DNA of 51,448 nucleotides from a virus (taxonomy: Duplodnaviria; Caudoviricetes). Made by a program: the position numbers and the translations under genes. Each line of letters starts with the position of its first letter. The first letter of the stretch is position 1. Of this stretch, positions 46,387 to 51,448 are shown piece by piece. The stretch lies in IMG/VR virus record IMGVR_UViG_3300012923_000003, positions 1-51,448 of that record, one strand, 5' to 3'. The notes below the pieces were generated by a model, which worked only from the letters and a program-made list of their open reading frames with translations, did no database searches and was not told the origin of the DNA.

Positions 46387-46745
46387 GTGATATGTGCTCG
46401 CGTACCCGTTGCCCAAGCCGTTGTCATTTCATCAAAGACAACATTGTTATTGGGGAAACCAGCATATTGATTAACGTTTAGACCTGGAAATACCACCCCT
46501 GAAGTAATCGAATCTAATAGAATGCGTAAACGTCCACTCGCTGGATCATTTGCAAGTCCCAAAGACGTAGCTAAAACATTTTGAATATTTCTAAGTTCGG
46601 CAGCAATATTAACCAATGACATTTGCTGTATGATATCAGAATTGGTAGCTGTAACTGTGTTATCAACAGATTCAGTCGCAATAGAAGCCGGACTTGGGGA
46701 ACCTACTGTGCCTGATGTTGAAGTATTAGGTATGGTTGTAGTCAT
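46383..46745 (-). CDS. Hypothetical virion protein
   Basis: Coupled ORF; RBS AGGA. Confidence 0.65.
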   Translation of the reverse strand: MTTTIPNTSTSGTVGSPSPASIATESVDNTVTATNSDIIQQMSLVNIAAELRNIQNVLATSLGLANDPASGRLRILLDSITSGVVFPGLNVNQYAGFPNNNVVFDEMTTAWATGTRAHIT

Positions 46746-46748
46746 TAA

Positions 46749-47309
46749 TTAAAATCCTGTTCCTTCTTCCCATGCTGTTTCAATTGCAAAACTCCATGTT
46801 CCAGTTGCTGGAACTGTAGCTTGAATAACAAAACCTTCATTCTGCATTAGTAATAATCTCTCTTCCGTAGTCCATGGTGTAAATAAAGCAATTGGAGCCA
46901 AGATATCATTTCCCGCTGTAGCTGGATCGGAAGATACCAAACTGCCTATTGCTTGTGCATCTAATGTTCTAGTACCTGCAGTCAATGTCGCAGTAGAGGA
47001 AATTCGTAAATCACCAATCTGAGAAGTTGGATATGCGGTTCGTAATTTACCATCATTTCCAACTGGAACTATTGCTGTACCCCCAGTATCTGAAGCAGTA
47101 AATTTACGTGCTACAAACATATTAAAAATGAATGTCCCTGCTGCAAATGCGGTAGAAGTATCTCCAGCAGAAATTCTAACTCTACGAATAGAACATTGTA
47201 AGGAAGGGCTGGTCCAACGAAATGAATAGATTGGAGCAGCAGATCCTAATCCTGCTGCCATCACACCACTAGGAGCTGATATATTATAAATACCTGAAGT
47301 AATTGACAT
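46749..47309 (-). CDS. Putative virion structural protein
   Basis: Beta-rich; L.QNEGFVI...W.F.I...WEE. Confidence 0.65.
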   Translation of the reverse strand: MSITSGIYNISAPSGVMAAGLGSAAPIYSFRWTSPSLQCSIRRVRISAGDTSTAFAAGTFIFNMFVARKFTASDTGGTAIVPVGNDGKLRTAYPTSQIGDLRISSTATLTAGTRTLDAQAIGSLVSSDPATAGNDILAPIALFTPWTTEERLLLMQNEGFVIQATVPATGTWSFAIETAWEEGTGF

Positions 47310-47743
47310 TAAGTTACCGTGAAGAAGCCATTAGTACCATCAAATGCAACGGTAAATGTATCCCCTGCATTAAGAGAGATACTAGCTCCATAATCAAACC
47401 AACAGACCAAAGGTTTCAAAGGCGTTGTAGGAGTAGTATTATAGACCACTACATACCTAAATGGACCCATGCCGCCACCGGAACCTGTCCAAGTAACATT
47501 AGTTGCAAGGACCTTCTCGACACCTGAAGCAGATGAATCTGACATAGCAGAAGCTATGCCGCCTACGGTATAACCGCCACCTGTACTTAATTCAGTACCG
47601 GAGATATCACCATATAGGTGATTAGTAGCAACAGGAGCTGTATTGGAAAGCATGACATCAAATGTCTGGCCACCAGATTTGAAATTATGGACGCCTTCAG
47701 TAAGATCTTGAGTAAATAGATTGAATTTATTAAATGCTGCCAA
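47309..47743 (-). CDS. Putative virion structural protein
   Basis: FNKFN.F..DL...VHN; GY..GG; GPFRYVV.YN; DYG.SISL..GDTFT; RBS GGAGG. Confidence 0.7.
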   Translation of the reverse strand: MAAFNKFNLFTQDLTEGVHNFKSGGQTFDVMLSNTAPVATNHLYGDISGTELSTGGGYTVGGIASAMSDSSASGVEKVLATNVTWTGSGGGMGPFRYVVVYNTTPTTPLKPLVCWFDYGASISLNAGDTFTVAFDGTNGFFTVT

Positions 47744-48293
47744 CTCGGCCTCCTACTGTACCTAATGTACCGGTATCGGCAGTCATGATGTGATGAGTAA
47801 CTCCCATGGCGGCTTGAAGAGCCTCATGTTTAGCCTCATAACTATTTTTAAGATTAGACGCCTTAGCTTCTAATTCCTGTAGATCCTTTTCCTTAGCATT
47901 TAAAGCTATTTCTTTAGAAAAGACTGCGGATTCTCTAGCTATTAGCTTAGGTTCAATTAGATTATGACGATTCTCAGTTTCTACGATAGTAGACTGTCGT
48001 TTAGCTAAAGTAGACTCTAAATCAGACAATTGCTTACTACGAACTGCATAAGCGGCGTCACTATCGGCTTTAATTTTAGAAACCTCGGCTAACTTAACTT
48101 CTACTGCTGCCTTCTTAGCCTCTAACTCTCGGTTAGTTTTCTGAGAAGAAATAGTAAAATCATCCACCATCTTCTGATGAATTTTAGTAGCTTCAGTTAT
48201 ATCTTTTAGTTTAGCTTTAGCTGCTTCTGGATCAGAAAGCGCAGCTAGCAGGGAGAATACTGCATTAGAATCTCCGGACCCACTTCCCATCAT
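47730..48293 (-). CDS. Coiled-coil protein
   Basis: K/E/A heptad-rich. Confidence 0.7.
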   Translation of the reverse strand: MMGSGSGDSNAVFSLLAALSDPEAAKAKLKDITEATKIHQKMVDDFTISSQKTNRELEAKKAAVEVKLAEVSKIKADSDAAYAVRSKQLSDLESTLAKRQSTIVETENRHNLIEPKLIARESAVFSKEIALNAKEKDLQELEAKASNLKNSYEAKHEALQAAMGVTHHIMTADTGTLGTVGGRVGSI

Positions 48294-48595
48294 GTTGAGG
48301 TCACCGCTGAAACTTTATAACCTTGCCCCATTGGAATAGAGTAGTATTCAGTCTGTCCTGCAGACAATCGCCGATTAGTATTGGCAACGGCTGTAGGATT
48401 AGTACCAAATAGGATACTTGCAACTCCATCAACGTGGATACGTACTAAGGAAGTATTATTTTTAAAGGCGGCGGACTGTCCTGCAGTCGCAGTAAATGGA
48501 ATATTTTGGTCAGCAGTAGCCGGCTCTGCACCGACGGGGATAACCCCACCGACTTTACCGACATCTGCAAACTCGGTTACATATAAGGTAGACAT
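48290..48595 (-). CDS. Conserved phage hypothetical (possibly virion) protein
   Basis: LYVTEF...SAAF...T.LVRIH.D...FGTNPTA...RL.AGQTEY. Confidence 0.75.
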   Translation of the reverse strand: MSTLYVTEFADVGKVGGVIPVGAEPATADQNIPFTATAGQSAAFKNNTSLVRIHVDGVASILFGTNPTAVANTNRRLSAGQTEYYSIPMGQGYKVSAVTST

Positions 48596-48598
48596 AAA

Positions 48599-48928
48599 TT
48601 AACTTTCTTTTAGAATTTTCTTAATCTTTTTAGAGACTGGAGTTAAGTCTTCATCGGGTGAATTCAGGTATAAGCCTTGGATAGTGGCATTACGTAATTT
48701 AATATCCATTAAATCTGTGGCCATAACAGCAAATCTGGTATCATCATGTTTTTCATGATAATCTAGCTTATCCGAAATCTCTTTACCTAATTTCTGAATT
48801 TGATCGTGAACTAAGCTTTTAATTTGTGAGAATTTACCTTCTAACCACCAGGCTAAAGACCAGACTGCACCGATTATAGTTGCCCCAATTCCAATTAGAC
48901 TCCAATCCACATTCTGCATCTCCGCCAT
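48599..48928 (-). CDS. Membrane-anchored hypothetical protein
   Basis: N-terminal transmembrane helix followed by a coiled region. Confidence 0.7.
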   Translation of the reverse strand: MAEMQNVDWSLIGIGATIIGAVWSLAWWLEGKFSQIKSLVHDQIQKLGKEISDKLDYHEKHDDTRFAVMATDLMDIKLRNATIQGLYLNSPDEDLTPVSKKIKKILKES

Positions 48929-48937
48929 TGCAAGATT

Positions 48938-49066
48938 TTACTTCTTGTCCTCAAAAATATGAGATAAAGCAGCAAAACCGGTTAATTCGGTCTTAGGCCC
49001 TTCCTTAGGTTTAGGTTTCTTCATATTGGCTTTATCGTCTTTCTGACGTTTATTTCCTTTAGACAT
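48938..49066 (-). CDS. Small Lys-rich peptide (42 aa)
   Basis: MSKGNKRQKDDK...; RBS GGTGA. Confidence 0.4.
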   Translation of the reverse strand: MSKGNKRQKDDKANMKKPKPKEGPKTELTGFAALSHIFEDKK

Positions 49067-49101
49067 GGTAGTCACCATGTCGCATAAAACAGAATGTTTT
49101 A

Positions 49102-49272
49102 TTACTCATCTCCTAAATCCTTATTAGGACCAATTGGAATTAGACCTAAGCCAGTTTTAGTAGACTTTGGCATATTATAGGCGGGATGGTTCTTAGGATC
49201 ATTGGGAGTCCCGTGGGGGACTCCATAATCTGCATAACCAGTTATTTCCTTATTAAGTTCATCAAGACTCAT
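49102..49272 (-). CDS. Small hypothetical protein (56 aa)
   Basis: MSLDELNKEITGY...; RBS AAGGGA. Confidence 0.5.
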   Translation of the reverse strand: MSLDELNKEITGYADYGVPHGTPNDPKNHPAYNMPKSTKTGLGLIPIGPNKDLGDE

Positions 49273-49275
49273 AGA

Positions 49276-49389
49276 TTAATATCCCTTTATCTTTCTATCT
49301 CTCTTCTTATCTTTACTAGAACCTTCCTTAATACCTAGTTTCTTATCTTTAGCCATATCTGCCTTCTTGGCAGTAGTAGCTTTGGCCAT
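49276..49389 (-). CDS. Small basic peptide (37 aa)
   Basis: MAKATTAKKADMAKDKKLGIKEGS...; TGATG coupling. Confidence 0.55.
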   Translation of the reverse strand: MAKATTAKKADMAKDKKLGIKEGSSKDKKRDRKIKGY

Positions 49390-49688
49390 CAGACTACAGG
49401 AACAGGAGTAACTGGAGTATTAGCAGTGACAGCATCACTCAGAATCTTCTGATTAGCTTGAATGCTAGCAACTACTGCACCTATAGCCGCAGGATCATTA
49501 GAGGCTTGAGCAGCCTTGAGTTCAGCGACAATGTTGTCGAGTAGAGTTACGATAGACTGATCTACAGTGGTTTCTGCAGCAACAGCGTCAGCGATATCTT
49601 GGAGAGTAGCCATTAGTTTAGTTTCCTTTTGTAATATTTGATTGAGTAGACCAATAATTGCATCATACTCGGTTTGTGGTAGTATCAT
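49389..49688 (-). CDS. Ala-rich helical hypothetical protein
   Basis: RBS GAGG before ATG 49688; MATL..I...VAAETTVDQS...ANTP. Confidence 0.7.
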   Translation of the reverse strand: MILPQTEYDAIIGLLNQILQKETKLMATLQDIADAVAAETTVDQSIVTLLDNIVAELKAAQASNDPAAIGAVVASIQANQKILSDAVTANTPVTPVPVV

Positions 49689-49701
49689 TAGTTTAGTATC
49701 C

Positions 49702-49741
49702 TCATTAGATTGTAAGAACAATCATTAGATTGTAAGAACAA
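49702..49741. repeat. Perfect 20-bp tandem duplication
   Basis: TCATTAGATTGTAAGAACAA twice. Confidence 0.9.
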
Positions 49742-49846
49742 TCAATGATGCATGAAAGAACCTATGAAGTTGAGGACATTGTTTCCTACAATCCAGCCCA
49801 TTCCCATGAATAGACCCCATAAGAACCATTCTATTGCTTTAGCCAT
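49742..49846 (-). CDS. Small membrane peptide (34 aa)
   Basis: RBS AAGGAG; MAKAIEWFLWGLFMGMGW... Confidence 0.55.
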   Translation of the reverse strand: MAKAIEWFLWGLFMGMGWIVGNNVLNFIGSFMHH

Positions 49847-49867
49847 TTATTGAATATTACTCCTTTC

Positions 49868-50005
49868 TTAAGCTCTTCCTCTGCCTACGGCAGAACTACC
49901 TTTATGTTTTGCATTCCAGATCTTAGCAGCCTTAGTTTTAGCAGCCTTCAAGGACATACCCTTAGATACAAAGGAATCTCTAAGCTTTTCATAGCCAGCG
50001 GGCAT
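49868..50005 (-). CDS. Small basic protein (45 aa)
   Basis: RBS AAGGA; MPAGYEKLRDSF...AKTKAAKIWN. Confidence 0.65.
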   Translation of the reverse strand: MPAGYEKLRDSFVSKGMSLKAAKTKAAKIWNAKHKGSSAVGRGRA

Positions 50006-50174
50006 CTTTAGAATATCCTTTGTTACTTAGTTATATTTATCTTCTCTTCTGTTAATATCTTCATAGCTTGTTGTCCTAGTAATATACTTAGTACTAAGAG
50101 TCCTCTTTGGTCTAGGTCTTCTATTAAAGATTCTAAGGTAGTTACCTTATCTGGTATTTTAGGTAGTATTAGAT

Positions 50175-50216
50175 TTGACATTATAGTATTATACAGGTAT
50201 AGTGGAAGATTGTCAA
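50175..50216. promoter_or_regulatory. Overlapping opposite-strand sigma70 promoters (late promoter on -)
   Basis: - strand TTGACA (50216-11)-17-TATAAT (50193-88); + strand TTGACA (50175-80)-17-TATAGT (50198-203). Confidence 0.85.
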
Positions 50217-50234
50217 ATTTATTTAGGAATTACA

Positions 50235-50540
50235 ATGAAAGTACAATTAAACGATATTAGAGCAGAATGTAATTGGGAGGGTAAGGAACCTGAGAATCAT
50301 AGTCCTGGATTTGATTATTGTAGAAAACTAATTAAGGATGGATTTGATCCTGAAGAAAGATTGGATATATATCGAGGAGAGAATTTAGCTTATTCTATAA
50401 CTTCCCTAAAAGAGGGAATTAAATGGAAAATTAGGGAAAATAGCAAAGTTGGTCCAAAGTTTATTAAATATGTACCCAATGATTACTTTTTAAAGGGCCG
50501 TGCAGCTTCACCTATGAAGGTTGCTGATGCGTTTAAATAG
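50235..50540 (+). CDS. Hypothetical protein
   Basis: RBS AGGA; CRKLI..G.DP...L...RG pattern; downstream of the + promoter. Confidence 0.7.
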   Translation: MKVQLNDIRAECNWEGKEPENHSPGFDYCRKLIKDGFDPEERLDIYRGENLAYSITSLKEGIKWKIRENSKVGPKFIKYVPNDYFLKGRAASPMKVADAFK

Positions 50541-50567
50541 GTTAGACGTACCAACATACCGGGGAAA
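50511..50567 (-). repeat. Dispersed 57-bp motif, copy C
   Basis: Reverse complement reads TTTCCCCGGT-ATGTT-GGTAC-N14-AACGCATCA-N8-CATAGG. Confidence 0.7.
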
Positions 50568-51149
50568 GTGCTGAAATAGAGATTTGGAGTAGAAGAAACA
50601 TGGAAATATTCGGAGACTGGGCAGTAAGGCTCGTTTCCCTTTTGGGGGAAACGGCCGTATGGGCAGTATTTACACTTTGGCTGGTTGGAATATGCTATTT
50701 GCTGTTCAAGAGCATAGAATTTTAATACTACGTATAAAAATATACCGAGATATATTTTTGATGTAATTCATTGCGCGGACGAAACCCCCCGACCCCCTAT
50801 GGAGGGTTTTTGAGCAACACCTGTTGCTGGAAAGACACGAACAAGGCATGAACGAAGGAAGAACAAAGCAGGAATAAAACGTAAAACTCTTAAATTGCAT
50901 AAGATACTACCATAGCATCTATAGCTTACAATATACCTTCATTAGCCTAACGGCGATAGCAGGTGAGCGTAAGATATCAGATGCTATTCTATAGATACTC
51001 GTTGTAAACCAATATGAACAGAGCACTCCGCGGGCATTCATGAATATGAATGAACCGCTTTATTCATCTCTGTGGCTGAAATGTGGTAGCATTTCAAGCC
51101 TTATGGCAGAACTAAGGCACAAATACCTTGATTAAGCCACAATGTGACC

Positions 51150-51178
51150 TTGACTTAGCCACAATGGCTTGCTAGTCT
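51150..51178 (+). promoter_or_regulatory. First early promoter
   Basis: TTGACT-17-TAGTCT within a 22-bp imperfect tandem repeat (51126-51169). Confidence 0.65.
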
Positions 51179-51295
51179 ATGGATGGTGCTTAACGGCACT
51201 GGGCGCAAGCTGTGCCCGTTGTTTGACAAGTGAAAAAGACTGATAGACCACAAGCATCCGCTTGTGGCTATTCGTCATGAGAGAGGATTAAGACT

Positions 51296-51448
51296 ATGGC
51301 TAAGAACATTCTAAACCCCAAGGCTGAGACTGTAACCGAAACTCCAACCCGTATTGATCCTCATCAATATGAGATCGGTGCGGCAATGGAAGCCAACGCT
51401 AAGGAAGTGGCTTCTAAGGCTGACTGGCTGTCGGTAACCATCAATACC
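51296..51448 (+). CDS. 5' part of the first early gene (continues to 1128)
   Basis: RBS GAGAGGA; ATG 51296 in frame with 61..1128. Confidence 0.8.
   Translation, partial: MAKNILNPKAETVTETPTRIDPHQYEIGAAMEANAKEVASKADWLSVTINT
51326..51448. repeat. Terminal direct repeat, copy 2
   Basis: Identical to 1-123. Confidence 0.95.

Noticed and set aside
49059-49109. MSNKTFCFMRHGDYHV as a histidine phosphatase RHG motif
   Set aside because: Only 16 codons and no continuation of the fold in adjacent frames.
19968-50005. Stop-codon reassignment
   Set aside because: Genes are full length in the standard code and coding density is high.
1-51448. Integrase, repressor, RNA polymerase, reverse transcriptase or intein
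   Set aside because: No diagnostic motifs seen in any ORF.

Overview
This window looks like a complete, circularly permuted genome (about 51,325 bp; bases 1-123 repeat at 51326-51448) of a lytic podovirus with no RNA polymerase and no integrase. Its two convergent arms resemble Zobellviridae/cobavirus and LUZ24-type phages, and the host is probably alphaproteobacterial (inference). The + arm (about 51296 to 19745) holds early genes, a NYN/LabA nuclease, degenerate GATase-II-like and GGCT-like proteins, a T7-type primase-helicase, a family-1 uracil-DNA glycosylase, PolA, SSB, a PD-(D/E)XK exonuclease, an endonuclease I and an HNH-like protein. The - arm (about 50005 to 19798) holds an accessory virion module, TerL, portal, scaffold, major capsid, two tail fibres, a GH108 lysis cassette, adaptor, nozzle, internal virion proteins and an LPD23/zincin protein. 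The arms meet at a bidirectional terminator (19746-19785). The standout feature is a ~1.48 kb stretch (14240-15720) with no credible ORF that is densely base-paired, with at least five tRNA-type T-arms and G.U pairs polarised to the + strand; it is a candidate giant structured ncRNA. Other notable signals are anti-Shine-Dalgarno-loop hairpins in several 3' UTRs, a 57-bp fixed-spacing motif at three distant loci, an acidic peptide ending like a bacterial SSB tail, and a pseudo-tRNA. All calls come from manual motif reading; no searches were run.
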